DNA of 59,919 bases, filler included, from Sphacelaria rigidula (GCA_964200075.2; 8 parts of 8 records of this genome joined end to end with filler, not necessarily neighbours in it); one strand, 5' to 3'. Counted from the first letter of the whole stretch, positions 36,847 through 50,257 are shown. Made by a program: numbers and translations. The notes: generated from the sequence alone by a model not told the origin.

Positions 36847-37055
36847 GGGTTCGAAGTTTTTGAATCTGACTACAGCTCGTCAATCCGCGCACGTAACAGG
36901 AGGGACTCGCAGTTTTACCGTCTGCTTGGACAAACTACCACTTCCACAGCCCCCGCCTTTCTGAACGTGCGTGCAGATCTCGGCTCGAAGTTTTTGAATC
37001 TGAATACAGCCCGTCGATCCGCGCACGTAACAGGAGGGACTCGCAGTTTTACCGT
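36847..37055. repeat. Pair of ~75-bp direct repeats
   Basis: TCGAAGTTTTTGAATCTGA.TACAGC.CGTC.ATCCGCGCACGTAACAGGAGGGACTCGCAGTTTTACCGT at 36851 and 36985. Confidence 0.9.
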
Positions 37056-38039
37056 TATTCGTTGCACGCGCGCGCCGCCTTTCATCGAATACTGAACGGA
37101 TTTCCGTCAAAGAAAAGCTGTCGTGTGTGGATGTTGAGGTATCGCTACAACCCGAATCTTCAGTATACATATATTCATATATCCTATCGAAATGAACCAC
37201 ATACAGCCCTAGAGAGTGTATACAGTATACCATCGCATTCGCATGGACGTGAGGATGGATGTTCTTCGTCAGTCACCACACCGCTCGTGTCGCAGACTGA
37301 AGTACGACTTGCAGCATTGGGACTTCAGGATATTGCGATTTGTCCAAAAGTACATACTTCCTCTGTCCCATAAGTCTGTATCGTTATGTTTGTACCAGCC
37401 CTTAACGATGTCCGNNNNNNNNNNNNNNNNNNNNNNNNNNNNNNNNNNNNNNNNNNNNTTAATTAATTAANNNNNNNNNNNNNNNNNNNNNNNNNNNNNN
37501 NNNNNNNNNNNNNNTATCCCTGGGTAGGATGTCGACGTATAGCTGTAAGCACACGCCAGTGATGGAGGTAAAGAGAAGCACACGTGGAACAAGAAAATGA
37601 CTCACTTAAAGCGAGTGATCAAAGGCACTCTCAATCGAAGATCTACTCTCAACCTCACGAAACGTTGTTACAAGTGTATAACATATACATGGTGTGGGGT
37701 TGCGCTATACCTCGGGCAACGGCCCGACTCTGCAGTACAATCGTACTGTACTGGACTCTTGTACCGCATGTACAGGGCCAAGTTGGGGGCACGGGGAAGC
37801 AGGGAAGGAGGTGACCCCCCGCCCTCCTCCGACCAAAACTCGTATGTTCTGTGGCTCACACCGACGCGTGTTACTTCAAGTATGACCACTATATTTCAAA
37901 GTATTAGCCGGAGGGGCACGGCGAAGGTATTGTAGCACATTTCATCCCGTCCCCGTTGTATTTCTGTACAGCAACATCGGATGGTAAAAACCGAGAATTA
38001 AGATTGAATGAGGGCGTGGTCTCAAGGGGATGGATTCCC

Positions 38040-38345
38040 GGTGAATGAGAATCTTCGTGCCCATACCACTGGGTGGATATATCATTGCATTTCCTGACAT
38101 CTCGGTGGATCATGATGATCACTACACGCCGTACAAACTTGTTAATCGAAAATCGAAATATAGGGGGTCCTATGCGAAGACGGTGTTGGGGAATGCTCTT
38201 TATCCGTTGCGATCACCTCAATGTGCACGTGGGTTTGTTTTCCAAGCGGGACACCAACGCTTCCGTGATCGGGGTCTTAGATGAGGGGTACGATCTTGAT
38301 GAGGTACTGTAATCGCAAGTAATTCTACCCAATATTCAGGTGGAT
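38040..38345 (+). pseudogene. Possible decayed Ty1/copia integrase fragment
   Basis: LGGYIIAFPD...YTPYKLVNRKS, FIRCD and NSTQYSG loosely follow the copia integrase core order. Confidence 0.3.
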
Positions 38346-39138
38346 GGGGGCAGTTAATACCCGCATATGTAGGGTATTCAACACTGTTTTCACCCTGTAT
38401 TCGAACTAGTCGGGGGCACACATCTTCACCCGACCGGCGAGGAGATATGTTACACGGTCACCACATACATCCGCTCATATGTTTGGCTAGTCGGAGGAAG
38501 GCTCTATTGTGCTCGTGGAAACAAGAAAGTGTTGCGATACAAGTCTCTACATGGACTGCCACCAGCACACCCCTTGACACCGTAGCCGCGACAGAGCACG
38601 AGACACGGTACAGTACCGTGTTCCTGGTGCGGACAGGCGTGCACATCTTCGCCGGGCGGTACGGCATTTACCCCGCGACGCTCCAAACGTCAAACTACGG
38701 GTTGGTCGTTTGACGTTGGGCGCCGCCACTTTCAGTCTCGAACTGCTGTGGCGAAACGGGGCAGGGTACTGAAAGGGTAGACTTTGTTGGTTGCAGTGCA
38801 ATTTGGCGTTTAGCGTTCGTCATTTTCACCTCCCATCCACACACGCTCATGAAAGTAAAGCTGTGCTGAAGCACCACACCTGGTAACCCCGTGCGTGCAG
38901 TCCACAGGCCCGGGCTGACAGTGACACGGATCACGACTCAATCGATGACTTTCGGCGCGGTCGCGCGTGATTTGTACGGCAGGCAGGAGCCAGAAGGCGA
39001 GACACCACGACCCAGGAAGGACGCGCCGCTCGCGGGGGAAGCCGCATCAGGCGAACAGCAAAAGCGTTTGACGACCATTACGAATAAGGTTGGAATCGTC
39101 GCCTCCTCGCGTCACTCGAAATACGAATGATGTAAATC

Positions 39139-41592
39139 GTGATGATGACATCGCTGCGCGTGGCCAGGCGAGACGCAGGCGTCAAGGTATACCGCACGGC
39201 CGCTCCGACGACTGGACCTTTCTTCGAGTCGGCCATGCCCCGCCGCAGAGAATGCCGTGCTCAATGTGGTCATCTCACCCCCCTGCCCCATAACCACACT
39301 GCGCACCTCCCGCCTGTACATCCGGCAGAATGGTTTGCTAGTGCCATGAACATCAGTGCAGTCGAAGACGCAGACGAGCATGAGGTTGATCTTGATATGT
39401 ACGCCGAGCTAATGGCGGGGACACCTGGCGGGTTGGATGAAGCAAGGCAGGCAGTGGTGGCCGTCGGGGAGGCCGAAGATTTCACTACCCGGTCGGTGGC
39501 GACGGCGCTGTTGCCCCCCCCCCTCGACCGAGCACTCAGCGGCGACGGCGCCGCTGCCCGCTCTGTCAATCGATCACTCAGCGGCGACCACGCCGCTACC
39601 CCTCCGGCCTACGCAGCACCCAGGTGGGGCGCCGCCGGTACCCGCGCCGTCAGCCCACGAGTCAGTAGCGGCGGCGACGGTATCCGCACCCTCAACGCAA
39701 CAAGCACCGGTGGCGTAGACTGTAACCACCCATGCAACACAGGGGGCGGCGGCGGTGACGACAGCATCCGCTCAGTCGAGACAGCAGGTATCGGCGGCGG
39801 CGGCGGCGGCGAAGAGCCCCACTCACTCGAGGCAGATCCCCGCGGCGGGGCCGGCGGTACCCCCCCGCGGGACCCTGCCCTCGGCGGGGGGAGCAGGCGT
39901 GCCTCCGGATAAGCACAGCTTCAACCGGGAGGTGAGAATTGAGTGTGCGGACCTCCACACTGTTCTGCAGGTTCTCGGTCGCATTGTCAACGTAGGTTCT
40001 GCTCAACGCTCGCGTCATGTCCCTCAGTAGCGTCGCCCGTGTCGACTGCGGAGACCGGTGCCTACGGCGATCAGCGTGTCAACTGTGCCGTCTCTACTCC
40101 TTCGTCTCTATTCCTCACTAGCAGCAACAAATTCATTTCACATAGACATTGTATTCGGAGGGGTTGAACATCGCCGCAGGGTGATACGCCGTTGCGCGCT
40201 CTTGACGCTCCATGTTGCTCCTTCTGTCATTGCGGCAGGACTTCAATAGGATAATGGAACAGAACATTGGAAAGCTACCTTCGGCGACATCCGTGGAGGT
40301 CACGATGGCGAGACTTGTGCGCAAGCCTTGCGCAGAGGAGATGAACTGGCTGGTACCGGTGGCCAATGCCGTGCTGGACCTGCCGGAAACTCGTGCAGAG
40401 ATACAGCGTTTGTGGCAACATCTCATAACAGTACTTCGCACTGTCATGACGGGACCCACGAATTCTTCTCGAGCTGCGAAGTTCACCATGCTTAGGCAAA
40501 GCAGGCGCCACGAACACAGATGGTATTTATCGCTCAGCCTGTAGTACAGGCCACCGCGGCCGACATCTGCCGCCACTCAGACACTATAGACCCGACGCCC
40601 AGAGCTCAGCGGGCTCTTGCGCTCCTGCACGGATTCATTGACAAGGTACGTTCAAGGTGGAGGCGGTTCGCTTTCTCCGTCGCAAGGCCGGGCGCCCGTG
40701 GATTCATGATGTCGGCTGAAACTACATTCGGATTTTGTACTTGCGCCGCTGTAACGTGTCGCCTCGCCGTAGTCACGAGAACAGGCGCTGCGCCGAAACG
40801 CGAATCGCACAACTGCACCTATTTATTTCCGGTCTTCCTCTGTGATCCTTGCATGCCGTCACACAGGTAGGTCACCGTTCGACCGTGGTTGATCGCGCGA
40901 ACGTCGTTGTCTTCAGGTACCTAAAGGGTGCGTTCCAACTGCATCGCGATTGCGCCGCCGTGTTGTATCTAGTGTCGGGGTGGCTACTCAGCGCGGGATT
41001 GACTCACGTTCGTCGGAATATTCATGATCGTGGCATCTTCCTTTCGTTTTTGAATGTGCAGAAGTATGCCGACATCCGCGAGTTTAATCGGCGCGCACCG
41101 GCGAACATTCGTGGGTTAGAGACGGAAGTAGTCCGCCGGAATAAAGTGTTCAACGGGGAGCGTTTGTTGTTGCCCACGTCGGAATTTTACGAGCTGGTGC
41201 GGCGCCGGGAAGCCGGATATCACAACGCGTGTTCGAACCCTCACCTCCTGTTCACCTACATGGGAGATCTCCCCAACGAAGTCAAGAGAGTCGTAGGACG
41301 GGAGGAGGCCATTCAGCTTCAATGGAAGCGGTGTGTCAGTGTGATACCGGGGTGGAAAAGTGACCCCGATGCTGAGCGGGCTCTGTATGACTTTATATTT
41401 CAAAGGTACCACAACGTCAGAGCAACGGAGTACTGTAGACGCTTGCGCATGGTTTCCGATCGGTTCAAGAGGGGGAAGGCCACACAGCAGGCCCTGCGGG
41501 CTACGCTGAAGGCCGCCCGCGCTGTCGCCAACCTCGCCAGGAAGAAACCAATGACAGCGCCGGCGGCGGCGTACGTAGGAATACGGAGCTGA
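39139..41592 (+). pseudogene. Spliced transposon-accessory-type gene with frameshifts (exons ~39139-39931, 40239-40645, 40867-41592)
   Basis: Phase-0 GT-AG junctions HSFNRE|DFNRIM and FIDK|VGHRS, with frameshifts in exon 1 and near 40515. The last exon has LYLVSGWLL...LLLPTSEFYELVRRREAGY...W...LYDFIFQRYHNVRA...QQALRATLK, resembling the Y.aG...GL..PS..F...E C-terminal domain of P-element-related proteins. Confidence 0.6.
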
Positions 41593-42039
41593 TCGGGTGG
41601 GCGAACGCAGATCTCGTTGCATTAGGGTTGACGGAGGTGTCGTTCGCCCAGCTCACGGTGGCGCAGCTGAGGGGCCACATCGAAAACGTGGGTGGTTGTG
41701 TCAAGGGACAGAGCAGAGCACGGAACGGGGGGCTGCAAATTCAGTTGAAGTACCTGGTGCCGGGTATCATACACAGATAGGCCGGAACTGGAACGTTGGA
41801 GGATACTGTTCATGTGCGATGAGAAGGGTGGGCGGGTGCACGTTTGCGCTTTGGGAGTAGGTGTGAGGAGGGTGTTACTGACCGTTAGTGGTCCAAGAAA
41901 CATGGTTGTCGCGCTCTGGCGCAGTGAATACGTGTACTTGAAATATCAAAACATGCTTTTCTTTCGTTTCCGTTCTTTCTCACGTATTTTTTCTATTTTC
42001 AGGGTGTTCTGAGGAGTTATCAACGTCGCTGTTGGGTCT

Positions 42040-42420
42040 TGACTCGATTTTTATGCTCAATCCATAGAATTGTGATCCGAAACTTAGCATCGAGACCCAC
42101 GGGTGTGCCGAACGAAAAAAATCAGACCTTCATGTCTTCGAGGGGGGAGAGTTTCGGGCGTTCCCGGACAACAAATGGTCGTTGCCACGATAAAACGCCC
42201 CAACCCAGTGCAAAAAATAAATAAAACCAATCTGCCCCATTTTCCTCGCTTCATCGTGACCTATCTAGGTCCCGCCCGAGAATTCAATACTAAAACACCG
42301 AACGTGGGCCGCTAAGCGACCCGCAAAATATTATTCCGGATTTCCACAGGCCTGGTTTGCGAAAGGCCAATTCGAAATTATGTGCTTGGTGGGCCCTGAA
42401 ATTTGGTGTCCTTGGTTAAC
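42040..42420 (-). repeat. Diverged copy of the contig-1 CGAGCT TIR family
   Basis: GCTCAATCCATAGAATTGTGATCCGAAACTTAGCATCGAGACCCACG matches 7116-7160. GGGCCCTGAAATTTGGT at 42391 matches 1621-1638. Confidence 0.6.
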
Positions 42421-43513
42421 CGGGTGTGTAAGAAAACTGCATGAACCCAAAGCGTTGCCTTGCTATTTCATGAGTTACAGGCAATATTTACTTGAGACGT
42501 TTCGGGAAGATGCCGTTAAATCACGAAAACAAATCTTGGGGTACATGCATAACTTTTGTTTTTATGCGTTATTTCGACCGAACTTGGCTTGTTTTGAAAT
42601 ATCTGAAGGCTGCTATGTAAAGGAGTTGTTTCGGACTAGGCGTAGCTGTCGTATGTGAGCGATTAACCGCAGAGAGCCAGTGACAGGTTTTGTCACGAGT
42701 TCTGTCTTTTGGGTTGCCAGGGTTTTTTCCTGCATTACAGAAAAGGAGCGATGTATGGCCATTTTTCGGGTCGATTGATCGTTTATAGGCCTTTCGCGCC
42801 CGCTCGCTGCTGCGCAAACAGGGAAAAAGAAGACGCGATTCAAATAAAATAAAAAACGAAGATTAAAAAATATATATATCACCCACGGCATGGGCATTGG
42901 ACCTCAGCACCTTCTCCTGCGGTGAAAACCATCTGTCTTAATGGCGGGAACCAAAAAAGCGCTGCTTTCCCTTCTTCACCGAGATCGCTGGGATGAAAAA
43001 ATATCCAAATGTTCGAGGCGGAAGGAGACAGCCCTTCACTGGAATTAAACGTTCTATTACACCCCAATGGCCTCTTTCTCGATGTCATGACGATCTCATT
43101 TTATAGAAGTGCATGTCGAACCCACTCAACGATCAAGCAGGCCTCGCTGGTCAATGGCAAACTATTCCCAGCCATGCGGCATTCCATAACCGCACACTAC
43201 AGTGACCTCGCAAATCCATATACGAAGGACATCGCAGGCGTCGCACATTCAACGGCAGGCGGGCTATCAGGGGCTGCACCATAGGTGCACGGCTGCCCCC
43301 CCCCCCCCGCCCCCCCCCCCCCCACCCCACACACNNNNNNNNNNGGACAAATTCCCGAGGCCGTGCCCGACCTCCGATCGCCGACGGGTAAGGTGGCTGA
43401 CCTCATTCGGAAAAGGCGGCCCCCCCCCCCCCCCCCCCCCCAAAGAAAACATGTAATACATTAGCCATCACCCGCGCAGTCATCGAAATATTGTGTGGTT
43501 TTTTGCGATGCCA

Positions 43514-44325
43514 TCATGGGATGTCTATAGCTGTTGACGACGAGAGGGGAGGCGAGATACCGTGAATGAGACGCACTGCCCGCGGTCCTATGACATGACT
43601 GGGCGACTCCCACCTCGGGGACCTCCGCATGACATTTCTCTCGGCGGTGTTGGTTGGCACTATTGTCGCTGCAGAAGTACCGCCCAAATCTACCAGAAAG
43701 TCTATGTGTCCCCGTTTGGGATCCAACCGGGAGGCGTTCCGACGTTCACCCCCGTGGAAAGCACGCGCGAAGTCATCATTGCGCGACGCGGACATTGACT
43801 GCTCCTTTGTGGGATTCCGCTGGGATCCCATGCCGGCCTGGAGGTGTGCAAACCGATGCTCGAGGATATCCTGCACATAACGGCGCGGAGAGAGGGAAAT
43901 CTGTCGTAAGAAATCAAGCTCAACAAGCGTAGGCAGCAGCACCTACGAAAACGGAGAATTTCACCACACGCCGTGCGATACGATGACCTCAACTCCCCAC
44001 CTGACTGAAAACACGGGGGTGCAGGAATCGCCTCTTTTCCTCCTCTCTCACCCACTCCCCGTGTGAGAAAAGATAACGGCACATGGCGACGAAGCCTAGA
44101 ATGGCGAGGCGAAGGTCAAACCAGGACTGCTCAGTGATGAAGGCGGTGCTAGCAGATCCCGGACATCTCTTGTACCGCGCCGTTCATCTTCTGCGGTGGT
44201 CGAACATCCGCCTCTGTGTTTCGAGGTGCGTGGAGCAGGGAATGGTACAGGGGGGACTTTATAGCATGCCCGCGCCCACCGTTCGGGCGCTGGTAGAATG
44301 GTAACACATCGAGTCCATCATCGAC
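43514..44325 (-). pseudogene. P-element/THAP9-superfamily transposase, C-terminal catalytic region (exons 44325-44001 and 43870-43514)
   Basis: Splicing the 130-nt GT-AG intron gives AFITEQSWFDLRLAILGFVAMCRYLF...RFLHPRVFSQ|DILEHRFAHLQAGMGSQRNPT, matching the P-element signature SQD.LE..F..lR...G.n.NPT with the catalytic Glu. One frameshift and one stop lie upstream. Confidence 0.8.
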
Positions 44326-45430
44326 CTGCGCGTACATCACATCAGACATGCGCACGATCAATATTTTCAACGGCGAGACGAATTATTGATTCGTGTCGAA
44401 ATTACTTGATTGTAGTGTAGGTAATTTGTACTGTACGAAACAATCCCCAGGCGTCCTTTTCAGCGTTACAAGCCAGGTACGTGGAGTCCAGGCACGTGAA
44501 CTGGCGCAAAAATTGCGTGGAGACCTATTTGATCAGCGGTAACCCTTCTTTCTTTCTTTCGAGCAATTACGCCTGAAATATTGTGGATTTGGTTGTTCGA
44601 ACCGGCGATGATTCGTCCGCACCGTGAACCTTTCAACCTGGGGTTAAGCCGAGTCGTAAAGCGGGGGAGGAGTCAATCAAGCAGGCAGCGGCGTACCTCT
44701 CTCTCAGATGTTCCGAACCTCAACGAGTCGACGATCTCGCAACCTCGAATACGCTTTTTCTCCGGCTCTCTCTTTCGGGTACTGGTGGATGGCGTTGGTT
44801 GAGTGCGGAGTCATCCTACGATAGGGGGGGGGGGGGGGGGGGGGATTTGGTTGCAAAAAAAAAGAGGCCCATACGGGTGGTAGACACCCCCCCCCACTTC
44901 CCTTGCGCTTTTTTTTNNNNNNNNNNNNNNNNNNNNNNNNNNNNNNNNNNNNNNNNNNNNTTAATTAATTAANNNNNNNNNNNNNNNNNNNNNNNNNNNN
45001 NNNNNNNNNNNNNNNNGCCTACGTCTGTGACCACGGGTTCGCGAGATCGGACTAATGTACGGAAATAATGATAATAATAATGATAATAATAACAACGACG
45101 AGAATATGACTTTTTACAAATGAACATCGCCGCCTCGCCCCAGTGGTTAAACTACATATATGATATATAGCACACACACACCAATAGCAGCCAATTTTGG
45201 CGGGAGGTTGTGATTTAGAATCCTGACAGACGCAATCGTTTTCTCAGCAGAATCGGGTTTTCGACGTTGTAAAAACATGAAGGCGTGATCAGGAAAAGAA
45301 AATTCGAGGGGAGCCAACATGGTGGTACGGAAGTGCTGATCCGACCCACGATACCGAAATGTCAGGCATGTACTGTACCGCGGGAGAGATGATTGGATCC
45401 CTTGACACTAGTAGACCACGGAGCCCTCCC

Positions 45431-45702
45431 GGGGGAAGGAGGGGGAGTACTCATGATTTTGCATACCGTAGTCATGATATTTGATCTCGCATCCCTATAG
45501 AGACGGGACGAAGCAAGCCGTATTATTGCCGCACCAGGCTCGCAGTCACCAAGCCCGAAGCGCCTAGATGTGTTTGGCGAGTCGCATGAAGGGTAAGCTG
45601 CATCCTGCTAACATTTTTGGGCCCGAAGCGTATTAGTTATTTTGCATATAGATGATAGCCTGAAATGAGTTGCTGTACTCTCTGGTATCGCTATTCCAGA
45701 GA
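45431..45702 (-). mobile_element. 5'-truncated poly(C)-tailed non-autonomous element inserted at the tail of a LINE end
   Basis: Aligns with 19262-19545 and directly abuts the C-run of the LINE 3' end at 45713-45865(-). Confidence 0.75.
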
Positions 45703-45924
45703 CAGGACAGGGCAGGGGGAGGGGGCGTACCCGTTTGTTGCTTGTAACCATTTGACGATTGACCACGCATCCCTTTCGAGACGGAGCATCGTTCCTACTC
45801 CTAATAGAGACGCCTCCAATTTTTGGGCGCTCATTGCGTTCTTGCCATACACCATACAAAAATATTCATATTTCTTACGGGGGTGGGGTTGGAAGTATGA
45901 CGACAGCAGAGAAAAGCTCTGTAC

Positions 45925-47420
45925 CTCAAGGATGAGGAACTCTGCAGCCTCGATGTTTCCTCTGACGGCAGCAAGGTGAAGGGCCGTCTGTCCGAACGAG
46001 TCTTCCACCTCTGGGTCTTGCCCTGCCTTCACGAGCATCGACAATACTTGGACATGCCCTGGTTAATTGATGGCAAAACACGACAAGGAAGGTTGCAGAT
46101 CTCCCACCACAAGCAGCGGCTTGACTTCTCGACAGATCTTCGGAAGTGACATCTTCCATACGCTGTTCATATTGTCACAACGAGTAAAGGCCCAACACAC
46201 ATAATAAAGTACGACACGATGAAGTATGGCACACCCTGAAAATGACACACTGGAGAATGACACACCTTTGTAGGCGGCCCAGTGCAACGCAGAGTCTCCC
46301 AAGTTGTCCACGGCCCCCAGATCACAGCCATGGTTGGACAAGAAAATCACCAACTCCACGAATCCGTACTGGGCAGCGATCACAACTGGAGTGCACCCCT
46401 GAATATCAAAGACAAAAACGAGTGCGACAAAGTAATACAGCAGCGAAGCGCGTTGTCACAAAAGCTTTGTGCGGTAAGCAAAGCATCAAGAGCACACAGA
46501 GGCAACTCCTGCAAAGGACGAAATCACCACAGCCAGCGACGACACGGAAAAACAAGCACAGCACGCCCGCTACCTTGGACTAAACCAACCAGCACGTGAC
46601 GAATCAAAACAATGAGGTCGAGAGGATTGGCAGTGCTGTCACAACTTACGAGTACTATCTGTTGATCACCTCTGACTGCTATCGATGTTATCATTACAGC
46701 AAGCAAAAGTCGCGAGGCCCATGCACGAAACAGTCAATTGTCTGTGACATCCACACACATGTCCATCGCTGACAAGTCGCGCTGCTTCCACCAACATGAT
46801 CAACATCATACATTCAGCGACACGTTCGGCAACAGCCAACAGCCAATAGCGGGACAGGATAGGACAGGACAGGACAGGACAACAAGAAACGGACAAAAGG
46901 ATCGAACCATCTAACTCATCTCTCTCCCGCGTACTTGCCATACCCTAACAAAACCCAAAAAACACGCACACCAACCCCACGACAGCCTCTTGTACAGGGC
47001 GACCGGACCATGAAGCCAACACGAGTGAAACCCTAAATTTGCTTCACCTCACGGAGTGCATTACCCGGTGCAGCGATAACCTGCCACCTCCATGTCCTCC
47101 ACCCGGTACATAAACAAGACCCCACGCTGCCACACTGCTCTCGAAAAGATCCTGCCATGTAATGACAACATATATATATCAATGGGTCATTTTCCAATGA
47201 CAAACTTCCCGCAGCAACGCCACCGCAGTTCACAAGGAAACTGCGACTGGTCTTCGTATCGCCCAGGATGACATACCCCGTCTAGCACCCAATGTAGACG
47301 CTGACCTGGTTATCCCGTCCCTCAGGAGAGGCCCCTCCAGCCCCGAGCAGCCACGCGGACGCCCTGAGCCTTCCCTCGGTCGCCGCCCAGTGCAAAGGCG
47401 ACATACCCACCGCTTCCTGG
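45925..47420 (-). CDS. Ankyrin-repeat region of a probable DHHC palmitoyltransferase (AKR1/TIP1/ZDHHC13-17 type), partial; exons 47420-47306, 46398-46266, 46058-45925
   Basis: GT-AG junctions with matching phases (0, then 1). Translation: QEAVGMSPLHWAATEGRLRASAWLLGAGGASPEGRDNQ|GCTPVVIAAQYGFVELVIFLSNHGCDLGAVDNLGDSALHWAAYK|GHVQVLSMLVKAGQDPEVEDSFGQTALHLAAVRGNIEAAEFLILE. The AAQYG / LHWAAYKG / LHLAA.RGN succession is typical of ankyrin-DHHC enzymes. The DHHC domain itself is not in the contig. Confidence 0.85.
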
Positions 47421-50257
47421 CTGTACTCATTCGTGGGGCACCCCGACTCTGCTCCCAAGTAAAAAATGCGCGTTCAAGAGGAGCCCCAAGCACAAAGCGC
47501 GAGCAAAAATCGACCCACGAGCCGAGGGATAAGAAGGGGGGTGAGCAACATTTGGGGCTTCACTTTTTCTTCTCATCTTACTCGTGTGGAGTGTGGAGAG
47601 CACGTTTTAGACGGTTCCACGGTTCCGTATTGCCGGCCCCCTTGACAGTACCCACGAAGAGAGACTTCCACTCCCTCTCTCTAGGACCCGCAACCTGTCT
47701 ATGCTCTCTCCTGCACCCGCGGATGATGAAGGATTTACACCTAGAGCACTGATATAGTGTCCATGGGAGGCAGTTTTCCGCGGGAGCACAGCGTACCGAC
47801 AAGTCATTTCCCGCTCGATTTTTACTCTAGCCAGGGTTTTCGGAATATTCGCCTTGGGTTAAATGTACTCTTGTCACCACGACTGGATGATTGCCTCACT
47901 GCGGACCACGCAACGCAAGATAATACACGAGTACACCGCAGGAGGAAGAGTCGCTTGTCAAACAAGTGGCTCTCAGTGTCCCTTGCTTTCTTGTGTCTCT
48001 AGGGGGGAGTGAAGGAGACTCCGGATTCCGCTGCAATGTCAATTCATGAAATCATCTAGCCGCCACGGCCCGGTGGTGTAATGGTCCAACTGATGCCATT
48101 AGAGGTATCTCAAACTCGAGTTTTCCAGCACATTCAACCGTAATATCACCGTTATATATGGCGAAAATTTCAAGTTTGAGGTACCTCAACTAGGATGGAA
48201 CGAACGCGGCCTCGATTCCCGCTAAACGCGTTTGGGTTTTTCCTTGCAAGTACCTGAGTTTCGCCGTCAAAGCCAAGGCGGGGGGGGGCATGAGTAGTAG
48301 AACGATAAAGTCGGCTGGGTGTGTTTGAGTAGAGTTGACGCCGTCCGCGAGTGTCAATCATACTCCAATCGGCGATACCAAAATATAAGGCTTGTACGGT
48401 ACCGTACCGTACCGGGGGAGAGACGGGCTCACCCCTCGAAGCCAAGGATTCGTCCCGAAGGAAAGGGGTTGAAAGGGTGGTGGGAAAAAAGTCCCCCGTT
48501 TTCACTGATCTCATCCAGTTTGTGGCTCGACATGCGGCAGAGTAGCTCCAAGTCTTTCAGAGACGAACCCTCTGATCTTGCTGATATTTCGGAATCGTTC
48601 TGCAAGAGAAATAAACATGCTGTAGCTCATTAAAGGCAGGCGTACACAGGTCCGGAATTGTTTCTCCATAACTATATTACAAGCGGCAGCTGGTGCGGTC
48701 CACGGTTTAACCTACCCAGATGAAGTCTTCCCGGCGGGACGCGTGAGTCGATGTACAGGTCTTGCGGACCATACACCGTACAAAGACCATGTCCGCCCAA
48801 ATTACGGTGACTCTTTCTTGAGGCAAATGACTCGTCAAGTAACACGGGATTTGAGCAAAAAGGGAACCCACCTTCTACATACACACAGTACCTACCCTAT
48901 GTGCGGTACGGTCAGCACTTGCTTGACTGAAGTTTAGACAAATAAAAATCGGCGCTACTTGTCTATTCTTTGTATAGGGAATCTCATGCTGCACTGGGCA
49001 CATTGTTATACGGGTCTTGAAAACACGGCTCGGGCTAACAGTTTTTGCGTGAAAGCTGTAAATTCTCAACCATGCGTCGTTCAAAGAACACCAACTCGAA
49101 ATCCCCACTTTTCCATTGCCAGTACCAAAAGGGTTAAACCAAATGGTATCAATCATGGATACTTTGGAAACGCACTGGACAATTTTTTACAGCCACAAAG
49201 TGCCGCCTCGTCTTGGCCTGTCACCAAGAGGTGTCATCAAGAGCTGACAAAACTCTCAGTCGAGGCAACACCGCCCGCCTTACAAAAAATGTCAGCCATC
49301 TGCAGAAAAAATGCATGAAAGCAGCACGGAAGCCTTTGCAACGAGCTGCAATAGCCATACAAGCAATGTACCGAACGCGGACACAACTCGTTGGAAAAAC
49401 TTATATATTACCCAGACTTTCTTTGAAGGGTGCGGCGCAGTGTGTAGTTAACTTCAGAAACTAGCCGCCTCAATGGTGCGTTTCGACCACCACAGCAACA
49501 TGATCTTTGTGACTCGCGATCAACTCGTATATATTCCTCGACAACTGCGCGCAACTCTTAACTGAGTCCGGAAACACAATTTCTACACACTAACCAACTT
49601 CATGTTCGAAAATTGTACCACGTCTGGCAGCCTAACCACTTCAATTAAGAATACCCACACCCTCTCATAGCGCGCAAAATGTGGGCTCTACGGGTTTTGG
49701 GTGTGATGCAGCTTTAATATATATACATGTATGTATGGCACCCCTTACTGTCACGCGTCATTGACTCGTTGGCAAGTTGATACCATCAGCGACACTGTCC
49801 GCGAAGACGAGGCGAATGTAATAACAAAAGCAGGTGAATTTGGCTAGTAACAATGGTGTACCATCTTTGGCAGATCTAATGTGCTTGTCCTACCACACTC
49901 CGACCAACTCAGGTAGAGGCTTCGTCTCTTCTGTTTTGTTGGGGTCTCTTCTTCATTGCCTATTATTTGTGTTATTTTGCGTTTTTTACGGAGTCTCAAA
50001 AGAAGCAACGAGCGCTCAATCTCATGTCAGGAACAGCAGTCACGGTACTGGAAGAGCCAGCCTCCGGAAATAATAAAAATAAAACAAAACAAACTAAACT
50101 AAACTACACTAAACTAAACTACAGGATCAGTCTGCTTGTGACCATCACGCTACCGAGGAACAAACCCAGGCTCAACTTTTTGGGTGAGGTACGGAAGCGG
50201 CCCTACGAAATCAATTTTATCCGTGCTAGCCCCACGCAAACTGCAAAATAAGCAACC

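Noticed and set aside
48184-48599. Upstream exons of the ankyrin gene
   Set aside because: Acceptor and donor sites exist, but the phases could not be reconciled and the peptides lack clear ankyrin motifs.
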